Origin: Geosiphon pyriformis uo1
Taxonomy: Eukaryota > Fungi > Glomeromycota
NCBI GenBank assembly: GCA_016748015.1
Contig: JAAOMT010000128.1
Coordinates: 2,611,538-2,675,537 of the forward strand
Reading direction: 5' to 3'
Length of the DNA stretch: 64,000 bases
Part shown: one piece after another, positions 50,003 through 62,857 of the stretch
How positions within the stretch are numbered: position 1 is the stretch's first letter
Layout: each line of letters begins with the position of its first letter
Translations under genes and position numbers: made by a program
Notes under the pieces: model-generated
Seen by the model: the letters and a program-made list of their open reading frames with translations, nothing else
Told to the model about the DNA's origin: nothing
The model's database searches: none

Positions 50003-53000
50003 ACAGATATAAATTTCATAATGTTTTTTAAAAAATAAAATAGTAATTGGTTGTAAGAATTAAAGAATCTGGTGAGATTTATTTTGTGTATTAAGGGCTA
50101 TGTTTACTAGAACTGTAAATTGTTTAATTAAATTAAAACCTTGAATTTTTCTTTTATTTTTTTCTAATTGTTCTCTTGTTGTAACTGATATAAATCCAAA
50201 ATGTTAATTAAGAATAGATAAATAGCTTGGGCAATTTTTTTAGCATGTTTAATTTTAAATGATTTTTCAGTTTTGTTTTATAACATAATTGTAATATTTC
50301 TGATGTATCTTGTATTAATAATTCTTTTTCTAATGTTAATTTTTTTGCTGGCCAAAGATAATTAAGAAGCAAATTAGACTATTACTTCTGGTAATATTTT
50401 AAGAGCAATTCTAAAGTTAATCTTTGTTAAGATTTGAATTAAAAAATCAGAATATTTTTGTCTGAATATTGTAAGTCATATTCAATATCAATTTTGTGGG
50501 CTTTTTTTAGCTTGATTTTTTAACCATTATTGTTAAAATACTTGAGTTGTATAACAGATTGATTTTTAATCAAATAGATCAATATTGTTGTGATTTTTTT
50601 TTCTGGTTCAGATTTTCCAAATTTGATTTTATGCTTATTGCTTTTATTGAACAAGAGAATACTAAGAGCATAGTATTTTAAACACCATTTATTATTATAA
50701 GACATAATATATTCTTTATATAATTGAATGTTTATTTGCTTTAATTGTTAAATTTAAACTTCTTATATTAAATAAGTATGATTAATAATTTGATAATATA
50801 CTTTTACTTCATTTTCATAGTTGTATTTAGTAATTTTAAAGATATATTTGATATATTTAGCTTTTTTATTTGGTAAACATTTTTTTGGGTTTTTTTATTA
50901 ATTAAATATATGATTAGTTTATAAATCATCTCCATATTATGTAAATAATAATAGAATTTATTTGGGATGTTGTTTATGCTACATTAAAAGAAGTTTCTCT
51001 GTAGATTTTTTTTGTAGTTAATAAAACATATTAGCAGGTTTGATTGCAAACTTTTTTTTTCATTGTGACATCAATTCAGTTGTATTCTTTTGATAGTAGT
51101 TCTTTATATATTAAGCAAAAAGTGTTATCTTATTTTCTATTTTGTTTGAAATATTCAAATTATTTTTTGTGACAGGTTTTGCAATAATAGCAAATACATG
51201 TCTTGTATTTCTCTTTTGGTAATATACAAGTTCTTATAAATAAAAGCTTTTTGTTGTAATCTTTGTATTTGAGTAGAATATATAATAGCTGTTTTTATAG
51301 TTTTGGTTTAAAATAGTAGGCCATATTTTATTTTTTGATCTTTTCAAAAAAATTTTGTTCTGTTTTTTTGGTCCAATTGAATGCTAATTTAAGAGCCATG
51401 TAGGTTTCAGTAATTGGCATTTTTTTCTCCTTTTCAAATTCAAACACAAGAGCTTTTTCTAATCGTTTTTTAAAAGTATTACAAATAGCAGATACTTTGG
51501 TAAATATAAAATTTTAAGTTTTTGGGTTTTTTAATCTAAATTTGCATTGGCTTTAAGGAGCCAATTGTTTTTAATGAGAGCTTAGTATTAAAGTACATAC
51601 AAGATTAGAACTTTAATTGAAATGGTAATTTTATTAATTGTAAATAAAAAATTATCAATTTTTTTTACTAAGGTTTTTTTTATATTATTGGCTATAACAA
51701 TAACTGTTTGGACTGGTCAGTTAATATTTTATTTAAGTTGTTATATTAATTAGTATGTAATAATATTTCTGGCAGATCTATTGTCTAAGATTAATTAAAT
51801 TCATTTTTCTTCAACTTTAGTTTTAGTATATATAGCTGTAATTATTTTTTGTTTTATAATAGTTGTATTGTTAAGCAAAGATAATGATTTATTTGCTGTA
51901 AATTCAAATGAAAATATGTTTGAAAGATTAGCATTTTGAACAATTCTGGCTAATAAGATTGTATTACTAGAAAAATTTTGTCTTGGAGCTGTATTTTAAC
52001 TTTCAGAAAATGTAGTTTGCTAAAAATCTGAATTTTTTGATATTATAAGATAGCTGAATTGAGTATGTAATATATGGGTCTCTGTTGAATTAAATTTTGA
52101 AAAATTAATTAGTTGTTGGGATTAAATCTGTTATTGTTTATTGTAAATTGGTTTTAAGATGTAAATTGGTTTTATTAAACTAATCTTTAAGCAGATACTT
52201 AATATTGCTGAACTAATAATTGTTAATACTGTTGTTAACTGAGTTGTAAAACAGATTTATAATAATTGTTTTGGTGTTGAAATCTTGGTAGATTGTAAGA
52301 TAGTAATAAAGATTGATAATAGGTTTGTTGTGGTTAAGAATAATATTAATTATTTTTTTACTGCTGATTTTATTGTATTTTTGGCAATCTTATTTCCAAT
52401 GTTATGGAATTTTACAATAGTAATAGTTTTGGCTTTGATTATTTGATAATGGAAAGTTGCTTAGATTTTGTTGTTATAATAGTTAATATCTTTGTTGTTG
52501 CTGTTGTTGTTAATTAGTAAAATAGTTTTCAACTTTTTTTACAAGTTGATTAATTTTTTCTTTAACTGCTAAGCTGGTTTTACTAATTGCAAAGTTAACA
52601 AATTTGATACAATTTGCTTTTTCTATTGCTATTTTAATGTTTTTTATATGTTAAATAACTATAGTTAAGTTTGCTAAGACATAGAAATAAACTTTTTTGA
52701 TTAATTTATTTTTTAATTTAGCAATAAATTGGTCCAAAATTTGAGCATTAGAATAATACTTATTGGTTTTTAATTATCAAATTTATCAAAAAAGTTTGTT
52801 AAACTTTCTAAAATAGATTATGATGGATTTAAAAAATTCTTGTTTAATGTTTTAGAATTAGCTTTGAAAAGTGATAGATATATTGTTGTTAGTAAATTGT
52901 TTTAAGAAAGCATCTTTGAATGTTTGTCAGTTTTTGAAAAATTTGGCCAAGTTTTCAAACCATTTGTCTATTGTTCTTTGCAGAAAGTATAGAATTGTTT

Positions 53001-55454
53001 TTAAATATTTTTGCTGTATTCTATCCATTTGCATCTTCTGCTTTCTGGACTTTGTTAAATTATTTTTGTGAACTGGTGTCAATATTTTTTTCAGTAAATT
53101 CAGTAATTTTTGTAATGTAAATAGTTGTCATGTCTTTAGTGTCTTTGTTTTTAGTAGTTTCTTCCTCTGTAAATTCAAAAGTGTTTTTATTGTTATTAGA
53201 GTAATTACTTTGGTTTTTTATTAAGAAATTAAGAAAGTTAGTACTAATAAAAATTTGTTTAGACTGTTGTATTGGGTTTTTTAGTAAAGTAAAATCTTCT
53301 GGTTTTAAGAATCAAATAAAAAGTAAATTAAGTGTTTGCAGTTGAGCAAATAAAATTGGAAATAGTGTGATAAAAAGTAATATTTTGATACTGATTTCTG
53401 TTTAAATGTTTGCAATATTTAATAGTTATTCTTAATGTATTGTGAATTGTTTTTGGGTTTTGTTTTTGTTTTCTTTTGTTGTTATTTTTAGGCTTTGATT
53501 TTATATATAAAGAAAATTTGGATTGAATTGGGTATTTTTTTTCATAATATTGAAAGTAGATATTAAGTGTTTTACTATTAAAGTCTTCTGTTCTTAAGCA
53601 AAAATAATATAATAAATTTTTGTAAAGATTGTTTCTAACTTCTAAAATATTATAGTTTTCAAAAAAATAATTATTGATGCAATTTTTAATGTATTAGTAT
53701 AGTAATTTTTTGAAAATTTCAATTCTGTTTTAAATGTTGAATATTTGCTTACAGTGAGTGTAAATTGACTAATAATACTTTAGAGTTGTTGTGTCAGTTG
53801 TAATCACTACTTTAAAGTTGTTATTGCTGTATTATTTTCATAAAAAAACACCAAATATTATTAAAAATTTTTGGTCTTTTTTTTTAATTCACAATTATTG
53901 AAAGCTAGTAAACCTCTAATAACTAAATTTATCTTCAAATTATCTTCTATAATTTGAATTACTGGGCTTATAAATAGAATGACCAATTTTGTACCAGTTA
54001 TTTTGTATAGTTACATTGTAATAAATATCAACTTTTTCCCAAAAATTGCTTGTCTAAAAGCTCACTAAAATGTGTAATTATTTTGCTATAAAAGTTAATT
54101 CTTTCTCAAGAATTGCTTATCTAAAAGCTTATTAAAAATGTGTAGTTATTTTGCTATAAAAATCAACTTTTTTACAAAAATTTTGTTTGTAAGCTATCCT
54201 AATAACTATAAAAGAAATATAATTTTGTTAAGAAAATCGTTTTTTGGTTTAGGCCTAAAGTCATTAACAAATTACTAAAATTAGTAACTAATCAATTTAA
54301 AACATTAGTTGGTTTTAAGAAATATTAAATATAATTATTTTCTAAATTAGTTTTCAAATTATATTTTTATTTAGAATTGTACTAATAAAAATAAATTTAA
54401 AATAAAATTTCTATGATAAAATAATTCTAAAGAAGATAAAATATATTTTTTTAAAGAAAAAAGCTCTTTTTCTATACAATTTGTTGTAATACTAATCTAT
54501 AAACTTGAACTTTTTTTTTTGCTATAATTTTGACAAACTAAAGATATATTTTAACAAAACACAAGGTATTTCATTAAATTATTAACTATTTTGGTAAATT
54601 ATTTATTATTTTAGCAAATTTCAACAAATTTTGGTAAATTTTTAAATATTATATGATTTAATGTATTGTGTAATTTAATTATCTTAATTTTTATTGTATA
54701 AATTAGATTATTAATTAAATAACAATTTTTAATAATTTTTGATTAAATAATAAAGCTAATTAATGATAGAAATTATAAGATAATTTTATGCTAATTAATG
54801 GCTAAAATTCTACTAATAACAATGGTTAATAATATAACTATATCTTGTAGTATATATCACTTTATTTGGAATATTTATAAAGTAATTTTTAATGTATATT
54901 AGAAAGTGTGTTTTAATACCAAAATTGTCTTTAAATTTTTTATCTGTAATGTTAATTGGATTAAAACTGCTTTAATTTGGCATTCTAACTCTTATATGTT
55001 TGTAAGTTTTACTAGTAAGACTATAGCCAATTTTAAAACTTATATAATAAAAACCATTTATAGAAAATTTTTAGTTGTTGTTTATAAGAAACTGTATAAC
55101 AAGTTTTATTCAAGTGTTTTTTGCTTGTCTTATAAAGAAGTAAAATTTTTGAATCATTCATTTACATGTTCAAAAGATATAAACTAATAGAAGAATTTGA
55201 TAATAAGTTTTATTAAGTTTTGGTCATTTTTGGCTAATAGAAAAATGTCTACATTTTTTTTTATGTTAAAGTTTCTCTACTTTATCTAATATTAGATTGT
55301 ACATGATGCTTTGCAAAGACTTTGTTATAAAAAATTGACTTATAAATGCTTTGGCAATATATGATAATAAAAAAAAGACAATTTTTCTGTTAGTAAGTCT
55401 TTTTTATTGTTTGGTTAATTTCTATTGTCAGAAAATTTGGTCTATTAAAGCCAA

Positions 55455-55810
55455 ACTCAGATCTGAAACAGAGAAAACTGAATTAGTAGATAATAATAAT
55501 ATAGTATCTGTAGTAGTTAATAGATTATGTATGGATTTGTCAAATAAGATAATATATATATTAAGTATTATTAAGTTAATAATAATAAGTTTTAATAGAC
55601 ATTTATTTTGTGCTTTTTTTTCTAGTATTAATAATAATTTAATTGTTTATATAAATATATAATATTGTTTAGATTGATTTAAGTAGCTGGTTATATGTAG
55701 TAAGTACATAAGTTGTATTTAGTTGAGATTATTTAGTTTAATTTTATATATTAAATAGTAACTAGACTATACTTATTAAATAATAATAATAAAAAATAAA
55801 TAAATAAATA
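55455..55810 (+). mobile_element. Short degenerate LINE 3' end with A-rich tail
   Basis: Reverse-complement similarity to 22611-22900 and 44680-44950. Ends aataataataaaaaataaataaataaata. Confidence 0.6.
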
Positions 55811-57074
55811 ACTTAAACAATCTTTTTAACATATTTAATTTTAAATAACTGGTTGGTTTTATTTTAGAATATAATAATAATATTTTTAGTATATTTTGTA
55901 TTAATAATTTTTTTACTAATATTAATTTTTTTATTTGTTAATAATCATTAAAAAGCAATTTGCACTATTGTTTTTAATTAAAGCTTTTAATAAATTAAGT
56001 TAAATTAGTTTTAATTTGGTTTAAACTTAATTTGAAAAAATTTTATTTTTAAAAAATCAAATCAAGTTTATTAATTTATGATTTAATTCAACTTATTATT
56101 AGTCATATGTAAAGATTTTATTAAATTTTAAATATTAAAAAAAATAATTTTCAATTTATAAAAAAATTATAAATTATAATAAATAAAAATAAGTTTTATG
56201 TTTATTATTAATAAGTATTAAATACTTGGTTATTTTAAAACTTTGTTTTATTATTAATAACTTTTTTTATCTTTAAAAAATAATATTAATCATATAAATA
56301 TTATGATTATAAGTTTTTAAAGTTTGAATTTTAAATAAATAAATATTGTTATTATGTAAATAATTCTAATTATTAATTAAAAAAAAATTATCTTTATTGT
56401 TATCAAAGTATTTAATAAAACAAATATTTAAAATATTAATATTTTCTATTTTTGCTATTATTATAATAAAAAAATTGAAAAAATTATTTAAGATCATAAA
56501 ATTATTAAGTAAATTTATATTTGTTAATGTTTAATTACAAATAATTAAGTTTATACTTTTATTAATAAAATTAATTTTTTGTTTTATTATAACTATGAAA
56601 AAATAATAATACATAATAACTAAAAAGAAGTGTTATTAAACATTAAAAATTAGAAATTTATCTAGAAAATATCTAAAAAAAATATAAATTTATTTATGAA
56701 ATATCTAAAATAATAATAAATATTATGTAGTTTTTAAATAAACCAAAATAAAAATCTATTTTTAATTTCAAGAATTTTACCAATTTTATTAAGATATTTT
56801 TATTATAAATATTTTATTTAATAAGATAGTATTAGACTTATTATGTTTTATATTTTGGTTATTAAAAATTTATTAATAAATAAACCAAACAAATAATTAA
56901 TAATTAATAAAAAAAATATTTTTATAATTGAAAATACTTATTTATAAAAGCTATATTTAACTTTTTTATTGTTAAGTTGCTCATAAAAATTCTAAACTTA
57001 TGCTTATTTCTTTTTTTTTATTATAATAATTATAGTATCTATTTTAATATTATTATTAAATATATTTTTTTTAG

Positions 57075-57283
57075 TGTTATTAACTAAAAAATAAATAAAA
57101 ATTAGCATAAAATTAACCATATAATCTTTATTACTTACTATTATATATTAGTTAAATCAAATTTTATTATTATTTTACAAAATTATTAATTATTTATATC
57201 TTAATTAATAATCTAAATTGTATAAGTACATAAATATAACTAAATTCAATAATTAATATACAATACTCCAAACTTTATAACAG
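57075..57283 (+). repeat. Family A LTR fragment in the opposite orientation (target of the family C element)
   Basis: Begins TGTTATTAAC and is the reverse complement of ~54640-54821. Confidence 0.7.
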
Positions 57284-58145
57284 TATTACAGATAATTATT
57301 TGGGATCTCAAATCAAATAACAAATTCATAACTTAGTACTTAATGGCTGATTTTGTTGTTAATATCTGAGGATTGTTTGTATTTAAAAGTTTTGGTTGAG
57401 TTCTTTGTATAATAGATAGAGATTTAATAGTTGTTTTTTAATAGCCTCCCAGAATTACAATTCTATTGAATTTTTTTCTCAGCATGGTGGCCAGTAATCC
57501 TCCTAATAAACTATTCTCAAATTTATAAGTTCTCTACCCTTGTTTTTACAGATTTTTTACCAGTTCCTATGATATCTGTAACTTAGTGCTTAATCTTTAA
57601 TCAATTAGTCAACAACAAAAAATAATAAAAGAAAAGAAATAAAAAAAATAAAATAAAATAAAAAAAATAAAAAAAATAAGCCAAGGTAATAAATGTTAGT
57701 ATTCTGTCAATAGCTGTAATCAAGAGCTATTATTTCAGTATAGTTAGATATTAATTATTATTACCATAAAATGTTGATAATGGAAAGTGAATTGAAATAA
57801 CAAATAATTATTTATTGATATTTGTGATGTGGAAGATTGCTTAAATGAAATCTAAACTAGGAGGTTTGTTTTTTCTACTTCTAATACTATTGCTATATAT
57901 ACATAATTGAGATTCTTCAATTTCTCAATTTTCACACCAGGAATCCTGGAATTCCTAAAATTCTGCAATTCCTTTAAGAAAAATCCTGGAATTTTGGAAT
58001 CTTGCAATTCTTTATATGAGAATCCTGAAATTTCTGGAATTCTGCAATTCTTTTAGAAGAAATTCTGGAATTCTACATTTTACTACATCTATTTCTGATT
58101 GGCTAATTTATATACTAATATTCTTTCTATATTCTATGAGTAATA
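57284..58145 (-). repeat. 3' LTR, family C, with internal ~40-bp tandem repeats (57920-58075)
   Basis: Three homologous copies occur in the window. Repeating aatcctggaatt..ctgcaattc units are visible. Confidence 0.8.
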
Positions 58146-61100
58146 TTATTCTCTCTTTTTAATATTGAGCTTTATTAAAATCTTCTAACTCTAATGCTCT
58201 TTCTTTAAGTATTTCTTGAACTTCTTTCTTGAAAATTACTTGTGTTATCTTGTTCTGTAATTTTTTAAATTGGGCATTGGTTATTTTTCCTATTTGGTTA
58301 ACAGTAATGGAGTTCATTGCTGGATTGAGTAAAATTTCTGGTTGGTCTTAAAATCCGATTTGTAATCAATAGATGGCTCATGCTTATGTAGTTAGATTGT
58401 TCTTTTCCACAAATTGTTTAAGTTATTGTAATATTTCTGGGTTAAATAATCACTTTGTTTTGTCCATATATAAGTTCTGAATATTCAGATATTATCCCAA
58501 ATGAAAATAGCAAAAGTTTCTTGGAAATTGTTGTGTCCATCAATTCCATGTTTCTATAATCAACTCTTAATATTGGATGACTTTTGGTTGTGCTTCTATT
58601 GCCAATTTCATCTTTGTGATTATTTTGTCAATAGTGTTTTCTGTTTTTCTCTATATTTTATTTCATGTTCTCTTTCTGGTGTTTTTGTATCTAATGATTT
58701 GTTAATTAATTGTAATTTCCATCTCTTGTTGTTGTATTAGTTGAAAGAATTGTTGTGTTAATAAATGGATATTGTCAGTAATTTCTATTTTTTGATGTTT
58801 TTTGTTGCATTTATTATGTTTTTATATTCTTTTAGTTGTTCAATTTGACATGTTGGTGTCAATGATAATAATTGGTTCTAGATTTCATAAAATCTCATCT
58901 GGTTGGACTAGTATTCTCTGTACTCTTAATTGTGAAATATTACTGGTGGATGATAATACTATATAGTGATATGGTTTTAGTTAATCATCATGTACTGCTT
59001 TGATTAAGATTTTGTTGTTTAACCTTAATTTATAAGCTCTATTTCTTAAAATTTCTTTTATGTAAAATGGTCTGTTCTATTTGGGGTCAAATTTTCTACT
59101 CCATTGTTTTTCTGCTTTGGTATGATGTAAAAGTACTTTGTCTTCAATCTTGAATTTAACTGGTTTATCTGGTAGTTGGTTATTGTGTCTTTTTTTTTGT
59201 TTTTTTTGTAACTTTTGAATGTTATCAGCTGCTTTTCATTGTTTGTTTTTTAGAGTTTTCATCAAGTCATATGTTCTTTTCAACAATGTTTCTTACAAAT
59301 TGTCTTTGGTTATTGGTTTTATTGGATATGTGTTGACTTCTATTTTAACTAATAATGTTGCTGTTCTACCATATATTAATTCAAATAGTGTTGCTTGTAT
59401 AGTGTCTTGCTTCATTGTCCAATAAGCAAATAATACTAATAGTATAAACAAATCTCATTTGTCTTAATTTTCTTGGCTGATTTTGGCAATTGTTTTACAC
59501 AATATTCTATTGAATTTCTCGAATAATCTGTTGGTTTGTGGATGATATGATGATAATAATGGTCTTTTTATTCTAAATCTTTGACTTAATTCTACTAATG
59601 TTTTATTTACAAAGTGAGTTTTTTGGTCAGATAGTAATTCTTTTGGGCATCCGTGTCAACAAATCAAATCTTAATAAACAAATTTGGCAATGGATTCTGC
59701 ATCTGTTCTTTGAATGGCTTTTGCTTCTGGCCATTTAGTAAGATAATCTATGGCTACTGCAATATATCTGTTGCCTTTGCTGGTTATGGTTAATGATCCG
59801 ACTAAGTCAATTCCAATGTGATCAAATGGTTGTCTTACTTTGATTGGTCTTAATGGTTCACTGGATCTTGTTCCTTTTTTTCTCTGACAAGCATCACAAT
59901 TTTGAATGTATTAGATGATATCTGAATACATAGATGACCAATAGTATCTTTTTCTAGTTTTTTTTATGATTGCTTTTTTATAAAAATGTTCTGTTATTGA
60001 GTTTGAGTACATATTGAATAATATTGTTTCTTTTTCAGGTTCTGTAATTACTCTAGTTGGTTAATCTGGATTTTTTCTGTTTTTTCAATAAAGTATATCT
60101 TGGTAAATAATAAAGTATTTGGATTGTTGTTTAATATGGCTTCATTTTTTTGGAGATAATTTCTCCTTGAACTGTTGGGTATTAATATAGTATTAGAGTT
60201 GTTAATATTTTTGTATATTCATCTTTTGTTATATTTTTGGGTTGAAATGTTTTTAGATTTGTCTCATTTATGATAAGCCATCAGCATTTCCATTTTTTTT
60301 CTTTTTTATAATGTACTATATAATTAAATGGTAAAAGTTTTATTTTCTATCTAGCATGACAATTATATTCAAATTTTTACTTCTGGATTGAAATCAGTTT
60401 TTTATGATTAGTGTATATGGCAAATTTTTGATTCAAGTATTTTTTCCATTTCATGACTGCTCAATAGATTGCTAAATGTTCTAGTGCTGAAGTTCTATAG
60501 TTCCTTTCAGTTGGACTTAAGTTTTTGCTGGTGTAAGCTACTGGATGTTCTTGTTTATCCAGTTTTTTCTAAAATAGTATAGCTCCTAATGCTTGACCAG
60601 ATACATTAGTGATAATGATGAATAGTTTGCTATAATCTAGATAAATTAATATTGGGGCTTATATAAATTTTTTTTTCAGTGTGTCAAAGGCTTTTTGTTG
60701 AGTTTTAATCTATTTGTATTTGGTGTTCTTTGTTTGGAGTTGGTGTAGTGATTGAGTTATTTTAGAAAAGTTTTTGATAAAATGGCAGTAGTATTTAGTA
60801 AATCTCAAGAATGCTCTTAATTTTATAAGATTATTTGGTACTAGAAAGTTCTTAACAATCTCAATTTTATCTGGATCTGTTTTGATACCATCTTTGCTTA
60901 CAACATGCCCCAAAAACTTGAGTTCAGTTTTTTCAAAGAAACAATTGTTTGTATTTAATTTTAATTCGACTCTTCTTAGTCTTTTAAATACTTGTTGAAG
61001 ATGGTGCAAATGATCATTGAATGTCTTAAAAAACATGTTGGTGTCATTTAGATATATGACTACTAATTTTTATAGCAGTTCAGTATAGATAATTTTCATG

Positions 61101-62011
61101 AACTGTTGAAATATTGCTGGAGCATTCATCAAGTCAAATGGCATTACTTCAAACTTAAAATTTTTTTCTTGGATTGTAAAAGCCATTTTTTCTTTATCTT
61201 TTGGTTTTATGGCTATTTGCCAATAACTATTGTCTAAGTTTAAATTTGAGAACCATTTTTTTCCTCCAAAAGCATCAAAAAGTTCTTGGATCTTTGGAGT
61301 TAGATAACTATTTCTTTTTGTTACTTTATTAAGTTTTCAGTAATTCACACAAAAATGAATTTTTCCATTCTTTTTATGAACTAGTACTATTGGTAATAAT
61401 CATAGACTTATTGATGACTGAATTAGCCTATTGTCTAGCATTCAATTGATTTCCTGTTAGATAATTTCATAACTGGCTGGTGGTACTTGGTATGCTCTTT
61501 GCTTAATTGGCATTGCATCTCCAGTTTTTATCTGATGTTAAATAATATCCATTCTGCCAAATTTGTTCTTGCTGGCAAAGATGTCATTGAAATTGTTCAG
61601 TAATATTTTAAGCTGTATATGTTGTAGTGGATCTAAATTTTCTAAGTTTATCTGTTCCAATTGTTCTGGTTGGAGTAGATAACATTTTTCTCATCTGTAT
61701 ATTGTTTATAATGTGATATCTATATATTTATACAGTTGTAGAAAGTCTGAAATAGTGTTTGGTAATTGTTTTTCAACTTCAGTGTTTAAATATTCAATGG
61801 TAGTTCTTTTTGGTATTTTTATAACATCTCTTGTTGTGTTATAGATAGAGATTTTAATATGTTTCAGACTTTTGGCTGGTATGTAAAGATTTGTAAGTCC
61901 AATCTTACTTGATTTACACATAATAATTTCTGCTTCAAAAATCTGAGCTTGATCCTTTACTCTTTTTTTTATGGCTAACATGTACTGGTTATATGGTGAA
62001 ATAGAAATTGA

Positions 62012-62857
62012 TTAACAGGTGAAGATAATTTCTCCCTTGTTAATAACTTCTTTCTCTGTTATATTGACTGGTACATCTATTCTACTCATGGATCCGAATT
62101 CACTAATCTTTCTTGCTGTTATTCTTAATTTCTCCCTTTTTTCTACTAACACTAATTGAGCTATCTTAACTAGAGGCAGAAATATTGCCTGTGCTATTTT
62201 TTTATTTGGCTCTATAATGTAAATCTTTTCTGAATCATTTTGTAGTATTGTAATAATATTTCCTACATATTTTGCATCAATTATTCCTTCTCTTATATTA
62301 ATCTTCTTTTCCACTAGACTACTTCTTGATGCTAATTGAATCATTATTGTTGCTGGTATTTCTAGTGCTATTTTAAAATCAATACTTGTGCACAAATGGA
62401 GTTCCAATTTAATGGCATTCTTTCTTGGATATCTTAGATCAAACTTAGCATTGGTATTATGCATATGTTCTGGCATAATACCTTCATTATTATTGCTGAA
62501 CCATTTAAGTTCCTGCTTTTTGGTGAGATCAAAAAGCATGATATATTGTTCTAGATTTAAATTAGAGTTTAAATTACTGTTATTTTTATTGCCATTTTGA
62601 ATAGAGCTGGAACCATTATTTTTGTTGTCATCATTGTCAGAGTTTGAATTAAGATTGAATGGTGATTCTGATTCTAATATGCAGCTGCTAATTAGTTTTT
62701 CTTTCTCTGGAATTGTGTAGATTATATGTGATAGTAGATTGTAAATAAGATCACACTCATTACAATATTGAAAATTACATGGAATTAAACAGTAGTCACA
62801 TAATTGAGTGTTGATTTCTTCCAAACATTGTTCCTGTTTTTCTCTTGTTAGTGCCAA
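62012..62857 (-). pseudogene. Retrotransposon-encoded trimeric dUTPase domain (mutated), preceded by a Cys-rich segment
   Basis: All five motifs occur in order: AKFDL (AGxDL), ASRSSL, GIIDAKYVG, KIAQAIF and ARKISEFGS (RGxxGFGS). CDYCLIPCNFQYCNEC lies upstream. Confidence 0.88.

Larger units (their letters stand above)
45643..54821 (-). mobile_element. Degenerate Ty3/gypsy family A element (5' LTR, gag, protease, dUTPase, RT, RNase H, integrase), 3' end lost; carries two solo LTR-C insertions
   Basis: Terminus TGTTATTAG at 54821 on the minus strand. gag ~52400-53760, protease ~51550-51850, dUTPase remnant ~50100-50520, RT ~48000-48800, RNase H ~47600-47950, integrase ~45700-46330 and 47156-47300. 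Confidence 0.8.

Noticed and set aside
53990-54200. ~67-bp tandem units (also ~22330-22470 and ~43950-44140) and ~40-bp units at 57920-58075 as a CRISPR-like array
   Set aside because: These are contiguous degenerate tandem repeats inside retroelement leaders or LTRs. There are no unique spacers or cas genes, and the DNA is eukaryotic.
54640-57283. Apparent terminal inverted repeats (...TAATAACA at 54821, TGTTATTA... at 57075) suggesting an RT-bearing gypsy element with TIRs
   Set aside because: The family C element has its own direct LTR (57284-58145) with a polypurine tract. Segment 57075-57283 is simply a reversed LTR-A that it inserted into.
22200-60000. Many short K/N/I/F/L-rich ORFs as genes, or as an alternative genetic code or organellar insert
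   Set aside because: They are by-products of transition-mutated retroelements. All three stop types occur at former Trp/Gln/Arg codons.
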